A DNA stretch of 64,000 bases from an uncultured Desulfosarcina sp. (lineage in GTDB: Bacteria; Desulfobacterota; Desulfobacteria; Desulfobacterales; Desulfosarcinaceae), in assembly GCA_963674945.2 (NCBI GenBank), contig CAXXWQ010000003.1, forward strand, positions 1,152,001 through 1,216,000, read 5' to 3'. Below, in pieces: positions 1 to 10,960 of the stretch. A program made the translations under genes and the position numbers. Each line of letters opens with the position of its first letter. Positions within the stretch are counted from its first letter, which is position 1. Under the pieces are notes generated by a model. It was not told the origin of the DNA. It made no database searches and saw only the letters and a program-made list of their open reading frames with translations.

Positions 1-1
1 T

Positions 2-559
2 CTCGATTCCAAAAAGGAACAGGTGTCGGGTCTGATCGCCATGGAAAAGGGCAAATATCTTCCGGAAGTGGCGGTCTTCGGCAATTACAGCCTCTATGAG
101 AAAGACATTCTGGCGACCAAACTTCTTCCTGATTGGGCCGTGGGCGTCGGTGTAAACATCCCCCTCCTCGAAAGATCCGGGCGTTCCGGAAATCTCAAAG
201 CCGCCAAAAGCATGCTAAAACAGATAGACGCCTTGCAGGTTCAGGCCCGAAGCGACCTTTCCGTGCTGGTTGAAAAAAGATATCGACAGGCAGAGCAGGC
301 TCTTGAGGAGTATATGGGGCTCGGATCAAGCTTGAAACTGGCGGAAGAAACCATTGATCTGCGGGCGAAGGCATTCAGCCAGGGGCTTTCAACATCTCTT
401 GATGTGGTCGATGCTGAGATGTTTCTGGCAGGAATTAAGACCCAGAGGGCCGTAGCTGTTTACAATTATGTCGTCGCCCTGGCGAATCTCCATGCGGTCA
501 GCGGTGAACCGGAGAATTTTTTCTATTATCAAAGTGCAAAAGGAACAGAGGTACGGTAA
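2..559 (+). CDS. TolC-family outer membrane efflux protein, C-terminal part (runs off window start)
   Basis: Frame is open from base 2. OEP motifs 'VGVGVNIPLLE' and 'FSQGLSTSLDVVDAE'. Directly precedes a HlyD gene. Confidence 0.85.
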   Translation, partial: LDSKKEQVSGLIAMEKGKYLPEVAVFGNYSLYEKDILATKLLPDWAVGVGVNIPLLERSGRSGNLKAAKSMLKQIDALQVQARSDLSVLVEKRYRQAEQALEEYMGLGSSLKLAEETIDLRAKAFSQGLSTSLDVVDAEMFLAGIKTQRAVAVYNYVVALANLHAVSGEPENFFYYQSAKGTEVR

Positions 560-1536
560 TGCGTTTTTTCAAAACCTTTCTGGTTGTTATCGTTATCGTT
601 GCCGGCGTAACCTGGCTCAGCTACACCTTCTGGTATGCGTACAAACCCAAACCACTCCGATTACAGGGCCAGATAGAGGCACAGCAGTATAATATCAGTT
701 CAAAAGTAGCCGGTCGCATCGATCAGGTCTTTGTCCGCAAAGGCGATCTGGTTAAAAAAGGACAGCTTATTTTCACCATCCTCAGTCCGGAAATCGATGC
801 GAAACTGGCGCAGGCGCAGGCCGGAAAATATGCTGCCGACGCCCTTGCGGAAGAAGCCCGGATCGGGGCAAGAAAACAGCAGATTGAAGCAAGTCGTGAC
901 AAGTGGCAGCAGGCCAAGGCCGCTGCCGACCTCATGGAAAAGACCTTTCAGCGGATCGACAATCTGTATAAGGACGGTGTCGTTGCCGAGCAGAAGCGTG
1001 ATGAGGCCTATACCCAGCTCCAGGCGGCTCGTTTTGCCGCCAATGGTGCCTACCAGATGTACAAAATGACGGAAGAAGGCGCCCGCGATGAGACCAAAAA
1101 GGCGGCGGAGGGCAAAGCACGCATGGCTGCAGGGGCTGTGGCGGAAGTCGAGGTGTATGCTGCCGATACCCAAATTGAAAGCTGGCATGACGGTGAGGTT
1201 TCGCAGATCCTCCTGCAAGCCGGAGAACTGGCGCCCCAGGGATTTCCCGTTGTCACCATCATGGATATGAGCGATGGGTGGATGGTACTGCATATCCGCG
1301 AGGACCGCCTGGCAGAATTTCAAAAAGGTGCCGAATTCGATGGCACAATACCGGCCCTTGGTAACACGACCCATCGCTTTCGCGTAAGCCATGTTGCGGT
1401 CATGGGCGATTTTGCTACCTGGCGGGCCACCAATACCGATAAGGGATTTGATATGCGGAGCTTTGAAGTTGAAGCCCGACCGATCAACCCGATTGAAGGG
1501 CTACGGGCAGGCATGAGTGTACTGGTAATAAAATGA
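559..1536 (+). CDS. HlyD-family membrane fusion protein
   Basis: N-terminal TM helix, lipoyl-like half motif 'ISSKVAGRIDQVFVRKGDLVKKGQ', coiled-coil hairpin, and 'LRAGMSV' C-terminus. Confidence 0.9.
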   Translation: MRFFKTFLVVIVIVAGVTWLSYTFWYAYKPKPLRLQGQIEAQQYNISSKVAGRIDQVFVRKGDLVKKGQLIFTILSPEIDAKLAQAQAGKYAADALAEEARIGARKQQIEASRDKWQQAKAAADLMEKTFQRIDNLYKDGVVAEQKRDEAYTQLQAARFAANGAYQMYKMTEEGARDETKKAAEGKARMAAGAVAEVEVYAADTQIESWHDGEVSQILLQAGELAPQGFPVVTIMDMSDGWMVLHIREDRLAEFQKGAEFDGTIPALGNTTHRFRVSHVAVMGDFATWRATNTDKGFDMRSFEVEARPINPIEGLRAGMSVLVIK

Positions 1537-2702
1537 GGGTTCCATCCTTTTCATCTTTGCTGGCCCGGGAATTCAGGACGCTGCGGTGCGATCCCTGGCT
1601 GGTCTCCCTTGTCAGCTGGGTCCCATTACTGCTCTTTTTTATGATGTGGGCCATTTTCTCGCAGGGGATCGCTACGGATCTCCCTCTCGGCGTCGTCGAC
1701 CTGGACAAGAGCAGTATTTCCAGAGCGCTTATCCGCCATTATGATGACAGTCCTACCCTTACAACAGCATCCAATTATCCCGACGTGGGGCAGGGCGCAG
1801 CCGCACTTCGTGCCGGCAAAATCTATGGACTGGTGATCATTCCGGCAAATCTCGAAAAAAGGACGATCCTCGGTCGACCGCCACAGGTGACCGTTTTTAT
1901 CAACGGCCAGTTTTTGCTTGTAGCAAAGATCATGAATTCGGCGCTCGCCCAAGCCCAGGGGACCTTTGCGGCAAAAGTCGAAATCGCTAAGAATCTGGCA
2001 GCCGGATCACCGGTTTTTGAAATGGCGCTTTCCACCGCCATGCCCATCGGCAACCAGATAACCCCCCTTTTCAACATTAACAACAACTATGCCCAGTTCC
2101 TTGTTTCCGCCATTCTGCCTGCCATCTGGCAAATTCTGATGGTGGCGACGACCATTCTCTTTCTGGCTGCCGAACAACGAAGAGACGAATTTGGAGAGGG
2201 GTTGGGAGCTTTCCCGGCCAGCGCCCTGCTCGCTAAATTTCTGCTCTTACTCCTGCTCTTTGGCCTTCACGGCCTTATCTTTCTTACGGTGATGTATGTA
2301 TTTCTCGGATGGCCGATGCACGGTAGCTGGACCTTGCTTATCGTTGCCCAGCTTTTTACGGTGATTGCCAGTATTGGTATTGCCTCCCTGATCTTCTTTT
2401 TAACGCGAGATGTGGTCAGGGGGCTTAGCTTTGCGGCCGCCTATGCTGCACCGGGCCTTGCGTTTATGGGGGTGACATTTCCGGTTACGGATATGACGCT
2501 GCCTGCTAAATTCTGGCGCAATCTTATCCCGATAAGCCATTACGTCGAGATCCAGTTCGGACAGGTAAATTATGGTGCGCCGCTGCATTCGGCCATTCCA
2601 CAATTGCTTTATCTTGGTATTTTTCTTATCCCGCTATTGTACGTCTTCTACAAATCAAGGCAGTTAAGCGCTGTTCATGCAGATCCTGGGGTGAATCGAT
2701 GA
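1533..2702 (+). CDS. ABC-2 type transporter permease
   Basis: 'GVVDLDKSSISRALIR' periplasmic domain start plus C-terminal TM bundle. Start overlaps the upstream stop. Confidence 0.88.
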   Translation: MRVPSFSSLLAREFRTLRCDPWLVSLVSWVPLLLFFMMWAIFSQGIATDLPLGVVDLDKSSISRALIRHYDDSPTLTTASNYPDVGQGAAALRAGKIYGLVIIPANLEKRTILGRPPQVTVFINGQFLLVAKIMNSALAQAQGTFAAKVEIAKNLAAGSPVFEMALSTAMPIGNQITPLFNINNNYAQFLVSAILPAIWQILMVATTILFLAAEQRRDEFGEGLGAFPASALLAKFLLLLLLFGLHGLIFLTVMYVFLGWPMHGSWTLLIVAQLFTVIASIGIASLIFFLTRDVVRGLSFAAAYAAPGLAFMGVTFPVTDMTLPAKFWRNLIPISHYVEIQFGQVNYGAPLHSAIPQLLYLGIFLIPLLYVFYKSRQLSAVHADPGVNR

Positions 2703-3847
2703 ACTGGTGCGATATCTGCAGATATGAATGCAAAGCTGTTTTTACCAATCCCACCGTCCTGCTCACTGTCTTCGGTGGCGTACTGCTCTACACTTTTCTA
2801 TATCCGCTGCCCTACGCCAAGCAGGTCCCGAGGGATCAGCGTGTGATTGTTGTCAATCTGGATGGCAGTCAGCTCAGCCGACGGTTGGAGAGGATGGTGG
2901 ATGCGACCCCTCAGGTACAGCTGAGTGCGCGGGCTTACAGCCTTGAAGAAGCACAAAAGATATTTATCGATGAAAAAATGGCTGGCATTCTCGTTATTCC
3001 GGAAAATTTCTACCGGGATCTTCTTCAGGGCAGGCGGCCTACGATTGCCTTTGCCGGAGATGCCAGCTATTTCCTGGTTTATGGCACAGTGCTGGAAGGA
3101 CTGGCAGGCGCCGGCCAGACACTGGCCGCAGAGGTTAAGATTTCACGGATGGTCATGTCCGGCCAGGTATTGGCCCTGGCAGCGGAACAGTACAGTGCCG
3201 TAAAACTCAGCATCCGCCCGGTATTCAATATAACCATCGGATACGTAAATTATGTAATCCCGGCCGTCTTTATCCTGATCTTGCATCAAACCCTGATCAT
3301 GGGCGCAGGAATCCATAGCGGTGGACAACACGCCTTTTGTTTGATCGAGGGAAAAGTACACCGGCTTGCGGCCGCACCATGGAAACGGCTGGTGGTGCGC
3401 ACCACCCTTTTTGTTGCCATCTATTGGCTGCTTTGCATCTATTATTTTGGTTTCGGTTTCTCCTTTTACAACATTCCGCGCTTAGCAAATTGTTCCGAGC
3501 TGAATCTACTCATCCTTCCCTTTTTACTTAGTACCACCCTTCTTGGTATCAGCCTCGGGTTGCTCCTGCCGCGACGCGAACTGGTGACACTGCTGGTACT
3601 TCTCAGCTCGCTGCCGCTTATCTTCGCCTCCGGATTTATCTGGCCGGTCTCCGAAATACCCCGCCCACTTACTGCCGCCATACAAATTATTCCTGCCATT
3701 CCTGCCATCCAAGCGTTTATTGTCCTGAACCAGATGGGAGCAGCGTTTTCGGAAATTTGGCCTCTCTGGAACCAGCTCTGGTTCTGTGCGGCTATCTATG
3801 GGTGTATCGCCTGGTGGCTTCTCCACAGACAGGCAATATCTCGTTGA
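2699..3847 (+). CDS. ABC-2 type transporter permease
   Basis: 'VVNLDGSQLSRRLERM' and 'FASGFIWP' motifs; paralogue of the preceding permease. Confidence 0.88.
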   Translation: MNWCDICRYECKAVFTNPTVLLTVFGGVLLYTFLYPLPYAKQVPRDQRVIVVNLDGSQLSRRLERMVDATPQVQLSARAYSLEEAQKIFIDEKMAGILVIPENFYRDLLQGRRPTIAFAGDASYFLVYGTVLEGLAGAGQTLAAEVKISRMVMSGQVLALAAEQYSAVKLSIRPVFNITIGYVNYVIPAVFILILHQTLIMGAGIHSGGQHAFCLIEGKVHRLAAAPWKRLVVRTTLFVAIYWLLCIYYFGFGFSFYNIPRLANCSELNLLILPFLLSTTLLGISLGLLLPRRELVTLLVLLSSLPLIFASGFIWPVSEIPRPLTAAIQIIPAIPAIQAFIVLNQMGAAFSEIWPLWNQLWFCAAIYGCIAWWLLHRQAISR

Positions 3848-4020
3848 TTCCCCTCCGATTCACTTGGAATCAGAAATACACACGGCGGCAGTTCCAGACT
3901 CCGGGATGGAAGAACCGAACGGGGTGCAGAAGCGCTTCGCCGGCAGGATGGAGGATAACCTTTTGGACGAATTCGGGGACGGACAGGAAGTGGGAATTGG
4001 TGATGTATTACAGTTTGGAC

Positions 4021-4740
4021 TCATCGACGGTGAAACGTCTTTTCCTTGAGCGCTTCCCAGCGTGAGGATGCCGTTTCAGGCGAACCGGTAAGGAATCGAT
4101 GGGTCTTTTGGACACGCGGATCGAACCGCCAAAGCGGATAGGGCAATCCTCCCAACAATCGATTGAAAAAAATGGCCTCCAAAACCAGAAACAACACCGC
4201 CACGATAACGCCACCGGCTTGAACAGGTCCCTCCAGATACCCCATGGCGGCAATCAAGGCCGTCGCCGCCGCCGGTGGATGTACACATTTGAGACCTACC
4301 ATGGCGATACTGATCGACCCCATGGAAAGAGCGATAGCGATCACACTTGGCCAATTCATCGCCGCCGATGCCGCCTCCCGAAAGTCCGGGAAACATATCT
4401 GCGTCAAGGCCAGTGCCCCCAAACCGCAAAACACCGCCAACGTATGAGACATGATAAGGTGTCGGGGCGAGGCGGATTCGGACAAGGGGGTATGAAAAAG
4501 AATAAATGCCGATGGTCCCAATGGTGGAAAGAGAAGCATCAACTTTGTCAGGTAGGCCATGATGGTGATGGTGGTAAGTGCCGTCACACCCGAAAAGATC
4601 AGGTGAAGGATGGAAAAAATTTTCCGATTCCGGGGATCGTGATGCAAATATTGCAGTTGCAGCTTGGTAAAAAATGCCACCAGACGATAAAACCTGGTGT
4701 GCTGCGGTCCCGTTTGCGGATGCCGGATCACGCGCGACAC
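4021..4740 (-). CDS. HPP family membrane protein
   Basis: 'PPLGPSA' and 'CVHPPAAATAL' motifs with hydrophobic helices. Confidence 0.85.
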   Translation of the reverse strand: MSRVIRHPQTGPQHTRFYRLVAFFTKLQLQYLHHDPRNRKIFSILHLIFSGVTALTTITIMAYLTKLMLLFPPLGPSAFILFHTPLSESASPRHLIMSHTLAVFCGLGALALTQICFPDFREAASAAMNWPSVIAIALSMGSISIAMVGLKCVHPPAAATALIAAMGYLEGPVQAGGVIVAVLFLVLEAIFFNRLLGGLPYPLWRFDPRVQKTHRFLTGSPETASSRWEALKEKTFHRR

Positions 4741-5690
4741 TCCTGCCCGTCTGCTTGTGCATGGCAGATCAGTCGATCCAATGAATCGGTGGCCCTGCCA
4801 TTGGAAAGACCGAAGAGGGAGAGCATCTCACTGAAACCGGTACGTATCGTGTCAATCAATGCAATCCATTGATCCTGCGAAAGATCAAATACCCGGACGG
4901 CAGTCTCGTAGAGACGCAGACGCCGTTTGTCATCCTGCCTTAGAATGCTTTCCGACAAAGCGGCGACGGCCATTGGCACCACGATGGTATCTTCCAACGC
5001 CAGCGTCTCAATTTCCGGTATGGTGAGATTGTGCGCCCCGATGTAACAAACCAGTTCATCAGGAAATCCCCAGGATTGGACAACCCAGGCGCCGGCTTGG
5101 GCGTGGTCCCAACCGAAATGGGCTCTCTCTATTGTGGAAAGACGATCCGGGCCATTTTGCCATTGCCTGCAAATCGGCTCATAATAATCACCCCAGGCAC
5201 TCAGAAAAACCGGAATCGCCACATCCGCGATCAATGACGCCGTAAAGGCCTCATCTCCTTTGCCCTTGCGCCACGTTTCGGCAAAATTTCTCGAAAAAAA
5301 GGCTCGCAGTAGCGAATCAATCCAGAATGCCTCATGATCAAAGATTTCTCTATCGGGTCGGGGAGCGGCGTCCATAACGGCATATGCCATTACCAGTGAA
5401 CGGATCTTTTTCAGTCCCAAAAACATGACCGCCTGCTTGATTTCAGTGATGGGCGTTCTCGGGCTGTAGTAAGAGGAGTTGACCGTCTTAATCACTTTCG
5501 CGGCAATATCGGTCGTCGAAGAAATCAACTTGCCCAGTTCATCCAAATCCGGATGATTTTTGTTGATTTCGACGATAATGCGTTGAACGGCAACGGGAAG
5601 CGGTGGAATTTCGACATCTTTGAAGATGGCGTCGAAATTCCTGCCTGCCATGGCGGCATGGCGTCGCATCTGTTTGAAAAATTTCATCAT
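4728..5690 (-). CDS. HDOD domain protein
   Basis: 'IPPLP', 'IKTVNSSYY' and 'ERAHFGWDHAQAGAWVVQSWGFP' signatures. Confidence 0.85.
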   Translation of the reverse strand: MMKFFKQMRRHAAMAGRNFDAIFKDVEIPPLPVAVQRIIVEINKNHPDLDELGKLISSTTDIAAKVIKTVNSSYYSPRTPITEIKQAVMFLGLKKIRSLVMAYAVMDAAPRPDREIFDHEAFWIDSLLRAFFSRNFAETWRKGKGDEAFTASLIADVAIPVFLSAWGDYYEPICRQWQNGPDRLSTIERAHFGWDHAQAGAWVVQSWGFPDELVCYIGAHNLTIPEIETLALEDTIVVPMAVAALSESILRQDDKRRLRLYETAVRVFDLSQDQWIALIDTIRTGFSEMLSLFGLSNGRATDSLDRLICHAQADGQECRA

Positions 5691-5972
5691 CTATCCTGCC
5701 TCTTCGTGATGGACGTTACTAACCTATCGCCATTTATACGAAAACCTTTAATGGAACGTACGCCACCGAAGACATAAAGAGCCAAGTCCGGGCTTTTTCT
5801 TGATGGAATTATTGGAGAACTATCAAAATAAAAAATGCTTTGATTATTGGACAGTTTGGTTTATAGGGAAAGTTTTCTTTGTTGGGAGATCAGGGTAACA
5901 CCTGCCGAAAAAACAGCCGGTCAGCACCTTTCAGCGGCTTATGGCACGGCACAGACAAAAGAGATGGGATCC

Positions 5973-6542
5973 ATGAAAACAGAAAAAGTTGGTCAGCGTA
6001 TCCGGACATTTATGGGAAAGCAGGAGATGTCGGTGGACGTTCTTGCCGAGAAAACAGGCCTCGACGTAAGCTTTCTTACCACCGTTATCGAAGACGATGT
6101 CTATCCTTCCCTGGGGCCGCTGCTCAAAATCGCAAAGGCCCTGGATGTTCGATTGGGCACCTTCCTCGACGACCAGATCAGCAATGATCCTCTGGTGGTC
6201 CGGCGCGATGAACGCCAAAATGAACTGAGCATGCTGCGGGGCAAGGACAAGCCCGTGGCATTGAAATTTTATAGTCTGGGCAGCGGCAAGAACGATCGGC
6301 ACATGGAGCCGTTTTATGTGGAACTGCTGCCCGAATCGGAAAAGTCCAAGGACCTGTCCAGCCACGAGGGCGAAGAGTTCATCGTGGTATACGCCGGCCG
6401 GGTGGAAGTGACCTATGGCACCGAAGTCTATGTGCTGGAGCCCGGCGACAGTATCTATTACAACTCCATCGTGCCCCATTACGTGAGCTGCAAGGGGGCC
6501 CAGGCGGCATCCATTTATGCCGTTCTCTACATTCCCCGCTAA
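5973..6542 (+). CDS. XRE-family HTH/cupin transcriptional regulator
   Basis: N-terminal HTH ('PSLGPLLKIAKALDV') and C-terminal cupin ('HEGEEF', 'GDSIYYNSIVPH'). Start could be 5964. Confidence 0.88.
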   Translation: MKTEKVGQRIRTFMGKQEMSVDVLAEKTGLDVSFLTTVIEDDVYPSLGPLLKIAKALDVRLGTFLDDQISNDPLVVRRDERQNELSMLRGKDKPVALKFYSLGSGKNDRHMEPFYVELLPESEKSKDLSSHEGEEFIVVYAGRVEVTYGTEVYVLEPGDSIYYNSIVPHYVSCKGAQAASIYAVLYIPR

Positions 6543-6551
6543 GGAGGCACC

Positions 6552-8204
6552 ATGGCAACGCAGCATTTGCAGTCCCTGACATTGGGGCAGATTCTGGATC
6601 GAACCGTGGCCGCCCACGGCGACCGCGATGCACTGGTTTATGTGGACCGGGATTTCAGGCTTACCTACACTGAATTTGCGGAGGTCGTCGACCGGCTGGC
6701 CAAGGGGTTGATGGCCCTGGGAATTCAAAAAAACGAGAAAGTGGCCGTGTGGGCCACCAATATCCCTTACTGGGTGGCCCTGCAGTTCGCCACGGCCAAA
6801 ATCGGCGCCATCCTGCTCACCGTTAACACCAATTATAGAACCGCCGAGCTGGCCTACCTTCTGGAACAATCCGATACACAAACGCTTTTTCTCATCGACG
6901 GGTATCAGGACACCGATTATATCCAGACCGTCTACGATCTGGTTCCGGAGCTTAAGACCCAGGATCGCGGACATTTGGAAAGCAACAGGTTCCCGTACCT
7001 GAAACGGGTCTGTTTTCTGGGCCAGGAAAAGCACCGGGGCATGTACAGCGTTCCCGAGATCATGGCTCTTTCCGCCATGACCGGCGACGATCAATACCTG
7101 GCGCGTCAGGCCGAACTGGATCCCCATGACGTGATCAACATGCAGTATACATCCGGTACCACCGGGTTTCCCAAAGGGGTCATGCTGTCGCACTACAACA
7201 TCGGAAACAACGGCTTCTGGATCGGCGAGAACCAGCGCTTTACCGAAAAGGACCGGGTCTGCCTGCCCGTGCCGTTGTTCCACTGTTTCGGATGTGTGCT
7301 GGGAGTGCTGGCCATCGTAACCCACGGCGCGGCCATGGTGATTCTCGAGAAATTCGATCCGGTGCAGGTCATGGCCTCGGTGGAGCAGGAGCGCTGCACG
7401 GCCCTTTACGGCGTGCCAACCATGTTCATCGCCGTGCTGGAGCACAAGCTGTTCGACAAGTTTGAATTCTCTTCCCTGCGCACCGGCATCATGGCCGGTT
7501 CGCCCTGCCCGGTGCAGGTCATGCGCCAGGTCATCGACAGACTGAACATGAGTGAGGTCACCATCTGCTACGGACTGACCGAGAACTCACCGGTCATGAC
7601 CCAGACCCTGCCCGACGACGACATCCGTCGACGCACCGAGACCGTGGGGCGGGCCATGCCGGAGATCGAATTAAAGATCGTCGACCCGGAAACCGGCGAA
7701 ATCCTCCCGCCCGGCCAGCAGGGTGAAGTGTGCTGCCGGGGCTACAGTGTGATGAAGGGATATTACAAAATGACCGAGGCCACGGCAAAGGCCATCGATG
7801 AAGAGGGATGGCTGCACTCCGGCGACCTTGGAGTGATGGACGAGGACGGCTACCTGGCCATTACCGGCCGCCATAAGGATATGATCATTCGGGGCGGAGA
7901 GAACATCTACCCTCGTGAGATCGAAGAGTTTCTCTACCGGATGGACGGCATCTCCGACGTCCAGGTGGTGGGGATCCCCAGCCAGAAATACGGAGAGGAG
8001 GTCGGCGCCTTCATTATCCGCAAAACGGGGTCGGATACGACCGTCGAGGATGTGAAGGATTTTTGCCGGGGCCAGATCGCCCGCTATAAAATTCCCAAGT
8101 GGGTCACCTTCGTGGACAGCTTCCCCCTGACCGCCAGCGGTAAGATCCAGAAATACAAGCTTCAGGAGAGAGCCTCCGAATTCTTCCCTGAATCGGGAAG
8201 TTGA
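6552..8204 (+). CDS. AMP-binding acyl-CoA synthetase
   Basis: '[11 protein letters not shown]', 'YGLTE', 'SGDLG' and '[10 protein letters not shown]' motifs; AAGGAGG RBS. Confidence 0.93.
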   Translation: MATQHLQSLTLGQILDRTVAAHGDRDALVYVDRDFRLTYTEFAEVVDRLAKGLMALGIQKNEKVAVWATNIPYWVALQFATAKIGAILLTVNTNYRTAELAYLLEQSDTQTLFLIDGYQDTDYIQTVYDLVPELKTQDRGHLESNRFPYLKRVCFLGQEKHRGMYSVPEIMALSAMTGDDQYLARQAELDPHDVINMQYTSGTTGFPKGVMLSHYNIGNNGFWIGENQRFTEKDRVCLPVPLFHCFGCVLGVLAIVTHGAAMVILEKFDPVQVMASVEQERCTALYGVPTMFIAVLEHKLFDKFEFSSLRTGIMAGSPCPVQVMRQVIDRLNMSEVTICYGLTENSPVMTQTLPDDDIRRRTETVGRAMPEIELKIVDPETGEILPPGQQGEVCCRGYSVMKGYYKMTEATAKAIDEEGWLHSGDLGVMDEDGYLAITGRHKDMIIRGGENIYPREIEEFLYRMDGISDVQVVGIPSQKYGEEVGAFIIRKTGSDTTVEDVKDFCRGQIARYKIPKWVTFVDSFPLTASGKIQKYKLQERASEFFPESGS

Positions 8205-8337
8205 TCCGGAAACGGTCTGCGCGTAGCAAATCGACGTCGTGTGGGATAACGGGCTTGCTCTTGTGTAAATCATGCATCAGGGGTAAGCTTGGCCTCATAG
8301 CATGGCTGTGTTGACAACCCTCATAAGGGAGGAGATC

Positions 8338-8781
8338 ATGGCGCAATGCATTGCCGACCGCAGGGATATCGAATTTGTTCTGTATGAACAAATAAACGCC
8401 GAACAGTTCTTCAAACACGAAAAGTTCAAGGATTTTTCCCGCAAGGCCGCCGATCTGATCGTTTCCGAAGCACGCCAGCTGGCCATAAAGGAGATTTTGC
8501 CGACCAATGCACAAGGGGATCGCGATGGCGCCCGATTTGAAAATGGTCAGGTGAAAGTGCCCGAATGCTATCACCGGGCGTTTACACATTTTGTGGAAGG
8601 TGAATGGACCGCAATGAGAAGATCGGCAAAAACAAGGAGGCGGCCTTCTACGTGGGTCAGCTGCAAACGGCGACCTATTTCATAAACGCAATCCTGCCGA
8701 TCGCCATGGGCAAATATGGACGCCATTGCCATTACCGACGGCGCTGTCGCCTCGGTCCACGATGCGTCGTTTGGGGGTTGA
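8338..8781 (+). pseudogene. Acyl-CoA dehydrogenase remnant (N-terminus joined to C-terminus by an internal deletion)
   Basis: 'MAQCIADRRDIEFVLYE...GDRDGARFENGQVKVP...EGEWTAM' jumps at ~8612 to 'EKIGKNKEAAFYVGQLQTATYF...GK', then frameshifts to 'MDAIAITDGAVASVHDASFGG*'. Confidence 0.8.
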
Positions 8782-9076
8782 GGCGCACGATTTTACCCCA
8801 ACAGAAATAATTCCTTCTCCCGGCGCAAGATCTTGTATTTTTGTGTCGATTTGATAAGTTAAAAGAAAATCATCCGCATAAACAGTTCCAGATTGCCGAT
8901 CTTTCCAATAATGCGCTTACTCCTGCGACGACTGCTTTGGTTGTAACTTCCAGATCTTGATGAAAGGTCCCTTTTGACGCTGATGTAAAATGATCGCGAC
9001 TGGCAGCATACATGATTCGTCCAAAAGAGCTACCTGTTTGTCAAAGGCAGGCCAAAAGAACTTACAAGGAGACAGC

Positions 9077-10744
9077 ATGGCAACGTTAGGAGTATCGAAC
9101 CACCTGTCGGTTTTGCCCACGGGATTTCCAACTGGACTACAATTGTTGAACAATCCGGCACTCAATAAGGGAACGGCGTTCAGCTACGAAGAGCGCGTTG
9201 CATTAGGGCTTCGCGGATTGGTTCCGCCAGGGATCAATACCATGGAGGAGCAGGTCACAAGGGTGATGGGCAACTATCACCGAAAAGAGACCGACCTGGA
9301 ACGATACATTTTTCTGGTGGCGCTGCAGGACAGGAACCAGACACTGTTTTATCGTGTGCTGTCGGAACACCTGGAAGAAATGCTGCCCATTATTTATACG
9401 CCGACGGTAGGTCTGGCCTGTCAGAAGTTCGTACACATTTTCAGAAGACCCAAAGGAATATTTGTCTCCACCAGGGACAAGGGGCACTTCTCGGATGTTT
9501 TACGGAACTGGCCCAATCGCGATGTGCGCGTCATTGTGATGACCGATGGTGAGAGAATTCTCGGGTTAGGCGATCTGGGTGCCGCGGGCATGGGGATTCC
9601 CGTGGGCAAACTGTCATTGTACACCGCCTGCGCCGGTATCCATCCAAACTGGTGTCTGCCGGTTACCATTGATGTGGGGACAAACAATGCGGATCTTCTA
9701 AAAGATCCGCTATATTTCGGGATGAAACACGAACGACTGCGAGGTGATGCCTATGATGATCTTATTGAGGAATTCATCCAGGCCGTTGATAACAATTTCC
9801 CCCACACACTCATCCAGTTCGAAGATTTCGGTAACACCAACGCCTTCCGCCTGCTCGAAAACTACCGCAACCGTATCTGCACCTTCAACGACGACATCCA
9901 GGGTACGGCAGCCGTGGCGTTGGCCGGCTTATACGCAGCCCTTCGCGTCAGTGACGCCAAACTGGCCGACCAGAAAATCCTGTTTCTTGGTGCCGGTGAG
10001 GCCGGCACGGGAATCGGCGGCCTGATCGTGGCGGCCATGATGGATGAAGGCCTTTCCCAAGCGCAAGCCCGGAGCCGCTGCTGGTATGTGGACTCACAAG
10101 GGCTCATCGTAAAAAATCGCGGAAAGTTGGCGGACCACAAAATTCCCTATGCCCATGAACACGAACATATTCCCGACTTTCTCGAAGCGGTGAAGGTGCT
10201 GAAGCCTACGGCCATAATCGGTGTAAGCGGAAAAGCGAATACATTTACCCGAAAGGTGGTGGAAACCATGGCGGCGAACAATCCAATGCCCATCATCTTT
10301 GCCCTTTCCAATCCCACCGCCAATTCGGAATGCACCGCACAGCAGGCCTACACCTGGTCCGATGGCCGGGCCTTGTTTGCCAGCGGCAGCCCTTTTGATC
10401 CGGTAGAACGCGACGGTCGGAAATTTGTACCGGGGCAGGGAAACAATGTGTATATTTTTCCCGGTATCGGATTGGGGGCGATTGCGTGCAAGGCCAACCG
10501 AATCACAAAAGACATGTTTCTCACTGCGGCCAGGACACTATCCACCTTTGTCACACCAGACGAACTTCAGCAGGGAAGGGTCTATCCATCACTTCAGAAA
10601 ATAAAAAGAATTTCTCGGGTTATTGCCATGGCGGTAGCAGAGGCGGCGTATGAGAAAAAACTGGCCGCCGCATCCAAACCGATAGACATGAAGGCGTTTA
10701 TCCGGTCCAATATGTGGGAACCGGTTTACGTCGATTATGTGTAA
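9077..10744 (+). CDS. maeA: NAD-dependent malic enzyme
   Basis: 'NKGTAF', 'TDGERILGLGDLG', 'FNDDIQGT', 'GAGEAG' and 'ALSNPT' motifs; AAGGAG RBS. Confidence 0.9.
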   Translation: MATLGVSNHLSVLPTGFPTGLQLLNNPALNKGTAFSYEERVALGLRGLVPPGINTMEEQVTRVMGNYHRKETDLERYIFLVALQDRNQTLFYRVLSEHLEEMLPIIYTPTVGLACQKFVHIFRRPKGIFVSTRDKGHFSDVLRNWPNRDVRVIVMTDGERILGLGDLGAAGMGIPVGKLSLYTACAGIHPNWCLPVTIDVGTNNADLLKDPLYFGMKHERLRGDAYDDLIEEFIQAVDNNFPHTLIQFEDFGNTNAFRLLENYRNRICTFNDDIQGTAAVALAGLYAALRVSDAKLADQKILFLGAGEAGTGIGGLIVAAMMDEGLSQAQARSRCWYVDSQGLIVKNRGKLADHKIPYAHEHEHIPDFLEAVKVLKPTAIIGVSGKANTFTRKVVETMAANNPMPIIFALSNPTANSECTAQQAYTWSDGRALFASGSPFDPVERDGRKFVPGQGNNVYIFPGIGLGAIACKANRITKDMFLTAARTLSTFVTPDELQQGRVYPSLQKIKRISRVIAMAVAEAAYEKKLAAASKPIDMKAFIRSNMWEPVYVDYV

Positions 10745-10753
10745 AAAATTGGT

Positions 10754-10960
10754 TCGTTTCTGGAAAGCATCGGTGTCTTTGATGCCGAAAAGGTGTTGGG
10801 GCTTCGCCTTGGGGAAACTTTGAGATGTGTCCATGCCCATGCAAAACCAAATGGATGCGGCACCACCCCCATGTGCGTTACCTGCGGTGCAGCCATTGCC
10901 ATGATGGCCGCCATCGAAAATAATATAATAAATCATCAATCACAGGAGCAGGACGAATGA
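10754..10960 (+). pseudogene. Fragment of a Cys-rich PAS-type sensor histidine kinase
   Basis: Not in the ORF track. Reads 'SFLESIGVFDAEKVLGLRLGETLRCVHAHAKPNGCGTTPMCVTCGAAIAM'; no start and no kinase domain. Confidence 0.6.

Noticed and set aside
8900..9070. Long leader before the malic enzyme gene as a riboswitch or sigma-54 promoter
   Set aside because: No recognisable aptamer consensus, and TGGCAGCATACATGA lacks the -12 GC.
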